Shown here in pieces: positions 1-8,795 of a DNA stretch of 29,829 nt. This DNA comes from a virus. Lineage: Duplodnaviria; Caudoviricetes. The translations under genes and the position numbers were made by a program. Numbering within the stretch: the stretch's first letter is position 1; the number at the start of each line of letters is the position of its first letter. The DNA lies in IMG/VR virus record IMGVR_UViG_3300020044_002202, positions 1 through 29,829 of that record, one strand, 5' to 3'. The notes under the pieces were generated by a model. It made no database searches and was not told the origin of the DNA. It saw only the letters and a list, made by a program, of their open reading frames with translations.

Positions 1-316
1 AAAGATTGGCGACAAGAGCACCAGCGTTGTAAGGGTCATAGCCAATTTCTTTAACTTCATAGGTTTCAGCCTCTTGTCGAATGTAGGACTCAATCTCGTT
101 CAGGTCGGTCACGTTGCCGGGCGTGAGGTGCAGGATGCCAGATGCCACAGCCTGACTAAAGATTGACTTGTAGTGGTTCGGAATCAGCTCAATCGACTCC
201 TCTGGCAAGAAGAATTTGAACTTGGCGTACAGGTCTTCCTCGGCATATCGGTGCAACGTCACCACGGCATTCAAGTCTCGGCTGTGGGCCAAGTCGAATC
301 CGATGAACGTGGCCTC
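1..316 (-). repeat. Inverted, diverged copy of terL nuclease-domain segment (reverse complement of 1205..1520)
   Basis: Base i pairs with base 1521-i. Hand alignment gives 25 mismatches in 316 nt with no indels. The minus-strand frame reads EATFIGFDLAHSRDLNAVVTLHRYAEEDLY...YDPYNAGALVANL and runs off the window start. Confidence 0.95.
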
Positions 317-1819
317 AAGTTCGCCAAGTTCTGTCGCCATGTCAAAGGGCCAGATGCAGGAAAGTCGATTGACCTGGAGGGATTCCAAGTTCTGTTCCTT
401 GCTGCGGTGTATGGATTCCGCAACAAGTCAGACCACAGAATTCGATGGGTGACGGACGTTATCCTGTTTGTGCCTCGCAAGTCTGGCAAGACCACGCTTG
501 CATCCATCATTGCCCTGTACGAACTGCTGTTTGGCGAAGCTGGCCCCGAAGTATTCACTTTGGCGACCAACCGTGAGCAGGCATCCATTTGCTTTGACTC
601 GTCCAAGGCCATCATGGAAAGCATGGCCCCTGAACTGCAAAGCCGATTCATCCCATTCCGAAGTGAGCTGAAAAAGGCGGGTGATTCGACATCCACCTAC
701 CGCGCCCTGTCCCGTGAGAACCGTAAGACTGGTGACGGCAAAAACCCATCGTGCGCGATGATTGACGAAGCGGCTCAGATTACCGAGCGCGGCTCAATCG
801 AGGTGTTGCACTCAGGTATGGCTGCTCGTAAGAATCCTTTAAGGATGTACCTGACGACAGCCAGCTTCACCAAAGAGACAAAGTTCTATGAGGACTTGAA
901 CCACTTTCGGGCTGTGCTGCGTGGAGCGGCGGAGGACTCGTTCCGTTGGTTTGGCTTGCTGTACTCGGTTGACCCCGGCGATGAGTGGTCAGACCCCGCC
1001 GTATGGGGCAAAGCCAACCCCATGCTTGGCGTGTCGGTCACAACCGAGGCCATTCAGCACATGGCTGATGAGGCCAAGAGTAAGCCTGCATCCCTTAACG
1101 AGTTCTTGTGTAAGCAGCTCAACATCTACGTCAGCTCCAACGCTGCGTGGGTTGACCGTCGATATTGGGATGAGTCCGTGGCTGAAATGCCCGTTGACAA
1201 GCCAGAGGCCACGTTCATTGGATTTGACTTGGCTCACAGTCGAGATTTGAATGCCGTGGTGACGCTTCACCGATATGACGAGGAAGACCTGTACGCCAAG
1301 TTCAAGTTCTTCTTGCCAGAGGAGTCGATTGAGCTGATTCCGAACCACTACAAGTCAATTTTCAGTCAGGCCGTCACATCTGGAATCCTGCACCTCACGC
1401 CCGGCAACGTCACCGACTTGAACGAGATTGAGTCCTACATTCGTCAACAGGCGGAGATATATGAAGTCAAAGAAATTGGCTATGACCCTTACAACGCTGC
1501 TGCTCTTGTCGCCAATCTTTTCTCCTATGGCCTTCCAGTCAAAAAGGTTGGACAAGGCATGGCAGTACTATCCAACCCGTCGAAAACGGCAGAACAGCTC
1601 ATCCTCAAAAAAGCCATCAAGCACGATGGAAATCCGTTTGTGGGGTGGCAGCTTGGTAATTGCGAGGTCTACACGGACGTAAACGGCAACGTAAAAGTGA
1701 GAAAAAACGAAGCCGACCCATCCGCCAAGGTGGACGGAATCATCGCCATGATTATGGCTTTGCACTGCCATTTGGATAACGTATTCGTGTCAGACTCTTA
1801 TGGACTTAGATTGTTCTAA
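314..1819 (+). CDS. terL: Terminase large subunit, 5'-truncated (Terminase_1/COG4626 type)
   Basis: Walker A VPRKSGKTT, Walker B AMIDEA, nuclease motifs GFDLA and KVDGIIAMIMA. Terminase-like sequence starts at LKFAKFCRHVKG (~314). The first ~47 aa of ORF 173..1819 are the antisense of the inverted copy. Confidence 0.93.
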   Translation, partial: LKFAKFCRHVKGPDAGKSIDLEGFQVLFLAAVYGFRNKSDHRIRWVTDVILFVPRKSGKTTLASIIALYELLFGEAGPEVFTLATNREQASICFDSSKAIMESMAPELQSRFIPFRSELKKAGDSTSTYRALSRENRKTGDGKNPSCAMIDEAAQITERGSIEVLHSGMAARKNPLRMYLTTASFTKETKFYEDLNHFRAVLRGAAEDSFRWFGLLYSVDPGDEWSDPAVWGKANPMLGVSVTTEAIQHMADEAKSKPASLNEFLCKQLNIYVSSNAAWVDRRYWDESVAEMPVDKPEATFIGFDLAHSRDLNAVVTLHRYDEEDLYAKFKFFLPEESIELIPNHYKSIFSQAVTSGILHLTPGNVTDLNEIESYIRQQAEIYEVKEIGYDPYNAAALVANLFSYGLPVKKVGQGMAVLSNPSKTAEQLILKKAIKHDGNPFVGWQLGNCEVYTDVNGNVKVRKNEADPSAKVDGIIAMIMALHCHLDNVFVSDSYGLRLF

Positions 1820-1863
1820 GCTCTAAAATACGCAAAGCCCTGATGCGTCAACATCAAGGCTTT
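1801..1863 (+). promoter_or_regulatory. Putative sigma70 promoter plus leader hairpin upstream of the GIY-YIG gene
   Basis: TGGACT (1801-1806), 17 nt spacer, TAAAAT (1824-1829). Hairpin AAAGCC-c-TGATG/cgtcaa/CATCA-a-GGCTTT at 1834-1863. Confidence 0.45.
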
Positions 1864-1896
1864 ACTTCCCAATCATCGTTAAAAGGCAACGACAGC

Positions 1897-2556
1897 ATGA
1901 GCGATTCTGATTCTAAACGCTTTTACGTTTACGCACACTTAAGGCCAACTGGAGAAGTTTTTTACATTGGTAAAGGAACCAATAAAAGGGCTTGGAGTAG
2001 GAGTCTTAGAAATAGACATTGGAATTTTATTGTGGATAAGCATGGTTTTAAAGTGACCATTGTGAGAGATCGTTTAACAGAAAAAGATGCTTTTGATTTG
2101 GAAGCTAGACTAATTAAATACTTTAGACAATTTGGTGATTTAGTTAATGTTGCAGATGGAGGAGGGGGAGTTTCTGGTACTCATGTCAATCTTGGTGTTC
2201 CAAAGTCTGACAAACACAAAGAAAATCTAAGAAAAGCAAATTTGGGCAAAATTCAATCATTGGAAACTGTTGAAAAGCGTAAGAAAACAATGAAAGAAAA
2301 AGTGCTTAAAGGCTGGATAAATCCAGCAAAGAAAGAAGAATATAAGCAGAAAGGGCAAAAAAATTATCATTTCATAGGGTTTTACATAACACCTAACGGG
2401 ACTTATGAATCTGTTGAGCAAGCTGCAAAAGCTAATGATTGCAGTTCAAAAGCGATTAGAGTAAGATGTTTTGGAAATCGTTGCATTGTTAAAGGTAAGT
2501 TGTATACTTACCTACCAAAAGACGGATGGTCTTTTATTCCAAAGGCAAAAACATGA
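1897..2556 (+). CDS. Free-standing GIY-YIG homing endonuclease with NUMOD3-like repeats
   Basis: FYVYAH...FYIGKG...R and conserved E (AFDLEARLI). Basic repeats KSDKHKENLRKANLGK and QSLETVEKRKK. Visibly AT-rich relative to terL. Start 1897 preferred over 1843. Confidence 0.85.
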   Translation: MSDSDSKRFYVYAHLRPTGEVFYIGKGTNKRAWSRSLRNRHWNFIVDKHGFKVTIVRDRLTEKDAFDLEARLIKYFRQFGDLVNVADGGGGVSGTHVNLGVPKSDKHKENLRKANLGKIQSLETVEKRKKTMKEKVLKGWINPAKKEEYKQKGQKNYHFIGFYITPNGTYESVEQAAKANDCSSKAIRVRCFGNRCIVKGKLYTYLPKDGWSFIPKAKT

Positions 2557-3947
2557 AATTTCTTGACATTTTCAAGCCAAAAGTAGCCGATAAATCGTCT
2601 AATACGCTATTCGGTCAGAGCAATTTGGGCAATAACGTGGTTTACTCGGGCAGTAATACGCGCCCAACAGTAAACACGCAAATCCTCTACGTTACAACGG
2701 CAAGTACCAATCAGGCGGGTCGTCCCGTTGATATGAGCCTGTTGACGCGCAACAGCACAGTCATGGCCTGTGTTGGTGCAAAGGCTCGTGCTTTGGCTCA
2801 GTTGCCAATTAAGATAATGTCGGAACAAGAGGATGGTTCGTATCTTGATGCCGTAAAAGACAAAGCTGTTGGTGCGCGTGATAAAAATAAAGCAAGACAA
2901 GTTGCCAAGCTGCTGAACAATCCAAATAATTTCCAATCTAAATATGAGTTCTGGTATCAGTGGTTGATGTGGTTGGAATTGTCTGGCGAAGCATTTACTC
3001 TTTGGTGGCGCGAAGATCAAAAGAACCCAACACAGACTCCAATGGAAATGTATGTGCTGGATTCAACGCTGATTGCCGTGACCATCAATCCAGCGCGTTA
3101 CCCTTCATATCGTTTGTCCACCCCTTCGTACGGTTTCAGCAAAGATGAGCCATTGGCCGCGCATCAAGTGATGCACGTTAAAGAAGCCGCATGGCAAGGT
3201 TCGGCTGGTTTCAACAAAGGCATTTTGGCATCTGAGTTGGTATCGCTCGATCAAGATATTGACATCTATGCCAACTTCATCATGCTCAATGGCGCAAAAC
3301 CAACGGGTATGTTTACGACCGAACAAGTAATTCCAGACGCAAAGTACAAAGAATTGGCCGCGCGTTTGAAAGAGGCTTGGTCTTCAATGGTGGGTAGTCA
3401 GCGCACCGATGAGTCAAAGCCCGGCCAAGGTATGTTGCTTGACCAAGGTATGAAATATACGCCCTTGGATATTCTTACTTTGCAAGATACACAAGCTGCT
3501 GAGTTGAAGATTCAAACCATGAAACGTATTTGTGGTTTGTTTGGTGTACCTCCGGCAATGATTGGGATTGGCGACTCTAAGTACAACAATACTCAAACCA
3601 TGTTGGATGAGTTTTATAAGTCAACAATGTATCCAACCATTGTTAACGTGCAAGACAAATTGAAGCAGCAATTGTTTAATGGCTATCCATCATTGAGTAT
3701 TCAATTTGATACGGCAAACTTTTTGAAGGGCGCTCCACTTGACCAAATGAATTACGTGAAAGCTGGTGTGGATGCTGGAATCTTGACTCCAAATGAAGCG
3801 CGTGAATATTTGGGCAAAGCCAAACTTGAAGGCGGTGACGAATTGAAGCAAGACACAAAAGCATCCGACCCAATTGCAGGTTCAAGCCCTCAAGATACTG
3901 GTGGTGGGGGCGGTAACCAACGTAATAAATTAAACATTGGCAAATAA
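2553..3947 (+). CDS. Portal protein, HK97 family
   Basis: STVMACV...LAQLP, LLNNPN.FQSKYEFW, NGAKPTG, ICGLFGVPPAMIG, GILTPNEARE. ATGA overlap with the upstream gene. Confidence 0.95.
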   Translation: MKFLDIFKPKVADKSSNTLFGQSNLGNNVVYSGSNTRPTVNTQILYVTTASTNQAGRPVDMSLLTRNSTVMACVGAKARALAQLPIKIMSEQEDGSYLDAVKDKAVGARDKNKARQVAKLLNNPNNFQSKYEFWYQWLMWLELSGEAFTLWWREDQKNPTQTPMEMYVLDSTLIAVTINPARYPSYRLSTPSYGFSKDEPLAAHQVMHVKEAAWQGSAGFNKGILASELVSLDQDIDIYANFIMLNGAKPTGMFTTEQVIPDAKYKELAARLKEAWSSMVGSQRTDESKPGQGMLLDQGMKYTPLDILTLQDTQAAELKIQTMKRICGLFGVPPAMIGIGDSKYNNTQTMLDEFYKSTMYPTIVNVQDKLKQQLFNGYPSLSIQFDTANFLKGAPLDQMNYVKAGVDAGILTPNEAREYLGKAKLEGGDELKQDTKASDPIAGSSPQDTGGGGGNQRNKLNIGK

Positions 3948-4166
3948 ATGTCATTGATTTTTAAGATTATGGTAGCATCGTTGGTAGCTAATAGACCAAT
4001 TGTGCCGCCTCCTCCTAAACGAGGTAGGCCACCAAAAACAATACACGACATTGATCTTTCCAAAGTCGATGAGGTAATCCATGACGCAAAAAAACTTGAT
4101 GATGGTATGCGAGGCCAAACTGGTTCTCGAAAAGGCAGGAAGCGCAGAGCCAACGGGCAATATTGA
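3948..4166 (+). CDS. Small basic protein with AT-hook-like KRGRPPK motif
   Basis: ATG directly follows the portal stop and the ORF fills the portal-protease gap. It overlaps the protease by 86 nt. Confidence 0.5.
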   Translation: MSLIFKIMVASLVANRPIVPPPPKRGRPPKTIHDIDLSKVDEVIHDAKKLDDGMRGQTGSRKGRKRRANGQY

Positions 4167-4884
4167 AGCCGTTATTACGACTTGGGGGCCGCGCGAAGGT
4201 GCTGATGGTCGCAAGTTCAACTATCAACCAGAGGCATTTATGCAATGGGCCGAAGATTTCAGCAAAGCTGGTCGTCCTCTCCCAATGTTTGTGAACCATG
4301 ATGCTGATTCCATTCCCGTGGGTGAATGGACATCATTTGAGTTTGACGATACTGGCATGAAAGCCTGCGGTCGTTTATATGTCAACACCACTCAAGGCTC
4401 TGACTTGTATCAAGTGATGAGCGAGTCGCCAAATATGTTTGGTGGCGTATCTGTTGGCGCATACGCCGAAGAATATCAATGGACAAAAGAAGACGGCACT
4501 CCAATGACCGTTGGTTCTGATGACCCATACGAAGATGGCTACTTCCAAATCACCAAAGGTGGTCTGCGTGAAGTTTCAGTCGTTATGTACCCTAACAACC
4601 CAATGGCAGAAGTGCAAAAGCTAGAGTTTTTCCGCGCTGATGGTTCTGCCGATTTGAAGATTTTGGAACAAGCCCTTCGTGAAGTTGGTCTATCCAAGAA
4701 AGATGCGGTCGCTGCCGCATCTACATTCAAGAAAGTGATTGAGCAACGTGATGTTGTTCAAAAGCCTATTGAAAATGCGACGAATCAGAGCGATTCTGGT
4801 GCGGAAGCGACCGAAGCGGAAATTCTCGCTGCTCTTGAGCAACGTGAACTCCTTAAACTCCTCGACAAACGCCTGAAAGGTTAA
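4081..4884 (+). CDS. Prohead maturation protease, HK97 family (S78)
   Basis: LPMFVNHD (His), GVSVG (Ser), LREVSVVMYPNNP. RBS GAGG at 4071. Lies between portal and capsid. Confidence 0.93.
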   Translation: MTQKNLMMVCEAKLVLEKAGSAEPTGNIEAVITTWGPREGADGRKFNYQPEAFMQWAEDFSKAGRPLPMFVNHDADSIPVGEWTSFEFDDTGMKACGRLYVNTTQGSDLYQVMSESPNMFGGVSVGAYAEEYQWTKEDGTPMTVGSDDPYEDGYFQITKGGLREVSVVMYPNNPMAEVQKLEFFRADGSADLKILEQALREVGLSKKDAVAAASTFKKVIEQRDVVQKPIENATNQSDSGAEATEAEILAALEQRELLKLLDKRLKG

Positions 4885-4886
4885 TC

Positions 4887-6230
4887 ATGTCTCAAGTCAT
4901 TCTCGACAAATTGGATGCCATCGAAGCTAAACAAGCTGAGAGCATCGTGGCTGTTGAAGCCAAAATCCCCGCTGCCGTTGAAGCTGTTAAAGCTGAAATG
5001 AGCGAAATGGTTGCTGCTTTGGAAGCCAAAGTTGCTGCTATTCCTGCTGCCGCAGTTCACAAAGAAAAAGCCAAGTCAGTTCGCGCTGATGTGAACCGTT
5101 CTGTCAAAGAACAGCTCAAGGCAATCGCTGACGGTAAGAATTCTTTTGAGAAGCAACTGCAAGTTTTTGCAGACGAATCTCAAATGGAAGCCTACATGAA
5201 AGAAGCCTCGGCTCTGACAGGTGGCGGTAACGGTCAAGGTGGTCGTACTGCTTATGACCCTGTGTTCGTTGCTCTGCGTTTGGCTAACCCAATGCGCGGC
5301 GTGTCTCGCACTGTGGCTACTGATGGTTCTAGCTATCAATTCCGTGTCAAGACTGGCAATGCTGGTGCTGCATGGGGTTACGCAATCCAGAACAACGGTT
5401 CGGCAACAACTGAAAACACTTCAATCTGGCAATTGGTTTTGCAAGACTTGAACGTGCAGTTCCCAATCCGTACTGCTGCTCTTGACGACATCGACGGTTT
5501 GGAAGCAAACGTGGTTGACGATATGTTGGCTGAATTCGCTCAAGCCGAAGCTCTGTCAATGATTCAAAACAACGACCAAGGCGCTACCAGCTTGCCATAT
5601 GGCGGCTCTAACGGCTTGCGCGGTTTGAACCAATACGCTGGCGCTAACGCAACTTACACTGGCGGCACAACTTCTGTTGCAGCTTTCGGTACAAGCGGCA
5701 CTGGCTCTACAAGCGGTTTGCATAGCTTGGCTACTTATGACCAGTTGACAACAAACGGTAACACTGTTGGCGCAGCTAACATCACTTACAAAGACGTTGT
5801 GAACTTCATCTACGCCTTGCCACAACAATACTGGACTGAGAGCGCCAAGTTCATCGTCAGCCCTGTCTTGTTGGCTCAAATCCGTGGCTTGACAGACGAC
5901 AACGGCACTCCTGTGTTCGAGCGTATGTCTCCTCTGGAAACCAACGGTATCGTTGGTCGCTTGTTGGGCTTTGATGTGGTTGTGAACAAGTATTTGGACA
6001 CTCCATCTCAAACCACAACCGGTTCTGCTGGCACAACTAGCCTGTACCCAATGTACTTCGGTGACTGGTCTCGCGGCCACACCATTGTTGACCGTTTGAA
6101 CATGGTTATGCGTCGCTACGACCAGACAGCCCCCGGCTACATCACCTTCTTCGGTGAGAAGCGTTTGGCTACATCGGTGCGTGACCCTAACGCTATCGTG
6201 CGTTATCGCTCAACTGGCACTGCAACCTGA
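4887..6230 (+). CDS. Major capsid protein 1, HK97 fold with ~105-aa helical delta domain
   Basis: Coiled-coil-like N-terminus, LRLANPMR, GRLLGFDVVVN, YFGDW, FFGEKR. Follows the protease. Confidence 0.93.
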   Translation: MSQVILDKLDAIEAKQAESIVAVEAKIPAAVEAVKAEMSEMVAALEAKVAAIPAAAVHKEKAKSVRADVNRSVKEQLKAIADGKNSFEKQLQVFADESQMEAYMKEASALTGGGNGQGGRTAYDPVFVALRLANPMRGVSRTVATDGSSYQFRVKTGNAGAAWGYAIQNNGSATTENTSIWQLVLQDLNVQFPIRTAALDDIDGLEANVVDDMLAEFAQAEALSMIQNNDQGATSLPYGGSNGLRGLNQYAGANATYTGGTTSVAAFGTSGTGSTSGLHSLATYDQLTTNGNTVGAANITYKDVVNFIYALPQQYWTESAKFIVSPVLLAQIRGLTDDNGTPVFERMSPLETNGIVGRLLGFDVVVNKYLDTPSQTTTGSAGTTSLYPMYFGDWSRGHTIVDRLNMVMRRYDQTAPGYITFFGEKRLATSVRDPNAIVRYRSTGTAT

Positions 6231-6241
6231 TAGTTGCCTTG

Positions 6242-6268
6242 GATGGGGGCTTCGGCTCCCATCTTTTT
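6242..6268 (+). terminator. Rho-independent terminator between the capsid paralogues
   Basis: GATGGGGGC-TTCG-GCTCCCATC forms a 9-bp stem (one G-U) with a cUUCGg loop, followed by TTTTT. Confidence 0.85.
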
Positions 6269-6287
6269 AACTCTCATTGGAATAAAT

Positions 6288-7304
6288 ATGACCATCACCG
6301 AAAAAATCCTGAACGGCATCAAGCAAGCCATCCACGAAGGTACGAAAGTTACCATTGACCTGAAAGAAGCCTCTGGAATCACTGGTTCTGGTTCGGGTGT
6401 TGGTGGTAATGTTGTATTTGATGACTCGTTTGCCGCTTTGCGTCAAGCAAACCCATTGCGTCAAGGCTCTCGCCAAATTACTGTGGCTGGTTCTGACGCT
6501 CAGTTCGTTGCCAAGACTGGTAACGCAGCAAACTCTACTAACCCTTGGGGTTACACATTCACTCCTAACAGTGGTTCACCCAATGTTAGTACCTCGATTT
6601 GGCAATTGCCAGTTCGAGTTTTGGTTGCTCAATTGCCAATCCGTACCGCAGTGCTGTCGGATGTAAATGCTCTTGAATCTTCGATTGTTTCTGACTTGGC
6701 GCTGGAATTCGCACAGTTAGAGGGACAATCAATGGTGCTGAATAATGACCAAGCTGGTTCTTTGACAACTTCCACCGGTGCAACAAACGGTTTGCGTGGT
6801 TTGGACTCTTATGTGTCGGCATCTGCCAGTGCATTTGGTTCATCTGGTACTGCCATCACCAACGGTATTCACTCGATTGCTACCGTGTCTTTGGGTGGCT
6901 CTCCTGTGACCTACAACAAGATTGTTGACATGGCATCGACTCTGCCAGCTCAGTATTGGGCGCTGCCTACAACTGCATGGCATATTCACCCTGACATGAT
7001 TCTCATGTTGCGTGAATTGAAAGACACACAAGGTCTGCCATTGTTCTTGGAAGTTGGTGATTCTGATGGCGCTTCTGTTGGTCGCATCTTTGGTTTCCCT
7101 GTGGTTCCAAACCCATTCCTCTCATCTGCATTTCCAATCTATCTTGCCAACTGGTCTAATTTCTTGACCATCGGTGATTCAGAGCAAATGAATGTTCAAA
7201 TGTTTGAGCAAACAGCCCCCGGCTTCATCACTATGTATGCTGAAAAGCGTATTGTTAGCTCTGTGCGCTCACCTTTCGCTGGTGTTCGCATGAGCGCAGC
7301 CTAA
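6288..7304 (+). CDS. Capsid protein 2, paralogue of MCP1 lacking most of the delta domain
   Basis: Shares KEAS.(L/I)TG, ALR.ANP.R, KTGNA, TSIWQL, Q.PIRTA.L.D, NNDQ, NGLRGL, LP.QYW, QTAPG.IT...EKR with 4887..6230. Confidence 0.9.
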   Translation: MTITEKILNGIKQAIHEGTKVTIDLKEASGITGSGSGVGGNVVFDDSFAALRQANPLRQGSRQITVAGSDAQFVAKTGNAANSTNPWGYTFTPNSGSPNVSTSIWQLPVRVLVAQLPIRTAVLSDVNALESSIVSDLALEFAQLEGQSMVLNNDQAGSLTTSTGATNGLRGLDSYVSASASAFGSSGTAITNGIHSIATVSLGGSPVTYNKIVDMASTLPAQYWALPTTAWHIHPDMILMLRELKDTQGLPLFLEVGDSDGASVGRIFGFPVVPNPFLSSAFPIYLANWSNFLTIGDSEQMNVQMFEQTAPGFITMYAEKRIVSSVRSPFAGVRMSAA

Positions 7305-7314
7305 GAGGTAAATA

Positions 7315-7986
7315 ATGTCCGCTGATGCACAACTCGGTTACTTGAATTACGGTGCGCCAACGCGCAATCCGTTCAATTATGCAAAGACAGAGCAAATCGG
7401 TCGTGACATTTCTACCGCTTGGTTGTCTTTGGAGGAAATCACCAATCAATTAAACCTGTTTGGTGATGACAGTCAAAACACATATCTTTCAAGTCTTGAG
7501 TTGGCCGTTCGCATGGCAATTGAAGACTTCTTAGGTCTATCAATTTTTGCGACTTCATATCGTGTCTGGTACAACTCTGCCAGCCTGTATGGAACTCCAT
7601 TGTCTTTGGATTTGCCAGAAGTTAGCCAGAACACAGACCCCTTGTTGTCTGGCGTGACTGTGGACGCAGTGAGATATTGGAATGACAACAGCCCTCCTGA
7701 GTTAATCACTTTGGCGGCAGATCAGTATTACTACGACCCATCTGGCAACAAGGTTGTGATTGCGAATTTGCCAACGAATTTGAATAGTTCGATGACTTCG
7801 CCTGTGATTTGCGAGTACACGACAGCAGCAAACCCCTTGGCTGATTACCCTGTAATCAAACAGGCTGGTTTGCTGTTGTTTACTCACCTTTACAACAATC
7901 GTAGCGATACGACTGATAACAAGTTGCAATCAATCCCGTTTGGTGTGCAAACTTTGCTTCGTCCATATAAGCCGCTTGTCATGTGA
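7315..7986 (+). CDS. Head-tail connector/adaptor (HK97 gp6/SPP1 gp15-like, long form)
   Basis: LSLEEI..QL, IKQAGLLLFTHLYNNR, IPFGVQTLLRPYK. Position after the capsid genes. Confidence 0.85.
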   Translation: MSADAQLGYLNYGAPTRNPFNYAKTEQIGRDISTAWLSLEEITNQLNLFGDDSQNTYLSSLELAVRMAIEDFLGLSIFATSYRVWYNSASLYGTPLSLDLPEVSQNTDPLLSGVTVDAVRYWNDNSPPELITLAADQYYYDPSGNKVVIANLPTNLNSSMTSPVICEYTTAANPLADYPVIKQAGLLLFTHLYNNRSDTTDNKLQSIPFGVQTLLRPYKPLVM

Positions 7987-7996
7987 GGTGATGTAA

Positions 7997-8341
7997 ATGG
8001 CAATTGCACGTTTTGAGAATATCACTGTCAATTCTTTGTCCTTTGGGCAAAGTTCATTTGGTGAACAATCAACTACGATAACAAAGTGGTTTGATACTCG
8101 TGCGCGTGTTCATTCTGTGGCAAACCATGTAAAGATTTCTGAGAAATATCGGGTGTATTCTGACCTTGTGAATTTCACATTGAATTACACGCCTAATACA
8201 GAAACAATCATTAACAGCCAAAACCTTTACTCAATCACTTGGAAAGGTGTTGATTGGAGGATTGATAATGTCCGTGAAGCTGATGATCGTATGACGGTTC
8301 AACTTCTATGTGTTCGTAATGATCCTGTGGTGGCTGTGTAA
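7997..8341 (+). CDS. Head closure / head-tail joining protein (SPP1 gp16-like)
   Basis: 114 aa. SSFGEQ...W, ITWKGVDWRIDNV...LLC pattern. Synteny. Confidence 0.75.
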   Translation: MAIARFENITVNSLSFGQSSFGEQSTTITKWFDTRARVHSVANHVKISEKYRVYSDLVNFTLNYTPNTETIINSQNLYSITWKGVDWRIDNVREADDRMTVQLLCVRNDPVVAV

Positions 8342-8757
8342 TGGCTCAAAATAACCCAGTTCAATACGGTAAAGCAATTCAGTATCAGTTGTCACAGATA
8401 GTGACCCCTGTGCCTGTTTATGCGGCTTTTAACCGTAATTTTGCAACACAGCCTAAGTTCATTACTTGGCATTTGCGAAATGTGCATCAACCTGTTTATA
8501 CGGGTCAAAATCAGAATAACAAAGGTATTGATACTCCTGTTTTTCAGATTTCCATCTTCACTCAACAGATAGAAGATGGTTTCACAATTTCCAATCAGAT
8601 ATTACAATCTCTCCACGGTTATAGTGGTTTGTTTGGCGGTTCAACAGATGGTTTTTGGGTTTCCAAGGCTGATGTTCAATGGCTTTATAACTCTTATAAC
8701 AATGATGAAAAGTTGGCTCAAGTTTTCCTAGATTGCACTCTGGATATTCCAACTTAA
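8341..8757 (+). CDS. Tail terminator/completion protein
   Basis: 138 aa. PKFITW, FQISIF...ILQSLHG pattern. Immediately precedes the tail tube genes. Confidence 0.65.
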   Translation: MAQNNPVQYGKAIQYQLSQIVTPVPVYAAFNRNFATQPKFITWHLRNVHQPVYTGQNQNNKGIDTPVFQISIFTQQIEDGFTISNQILQSLHGYSGLFGGSTDGFWVSKADVQWLYNSYNNDEKLAQVFLDCTLDIPT

Positions 8758-8795
8758 TACAGCACAAGACTCGTTCAACTTTTTAAGGAATCATC

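Noticed and set aside
173-313. N-terminus of the 548-aa terminase ORF
   Set aside because: It is the antisense reading of the inverted terL copy (near-identical to shadow ORF 989..1348), not real terminase sequence.
1-1520. Diversity-generating retroelement or invertase shufflon as the source of the repeat
   Set aside because: Differences are mostly third-position and not adenine-specific. No reverse transcriptase, recombinase or crossover-site repeats are seen in the window.
1820-2556. Group I intron housing the GIY-YIG gene (same question for the HNH gene)
   Set aside because: Flanking genes end and start intact, and the non-coding flanks are too short for an intron core. The HNH gene is antisense.
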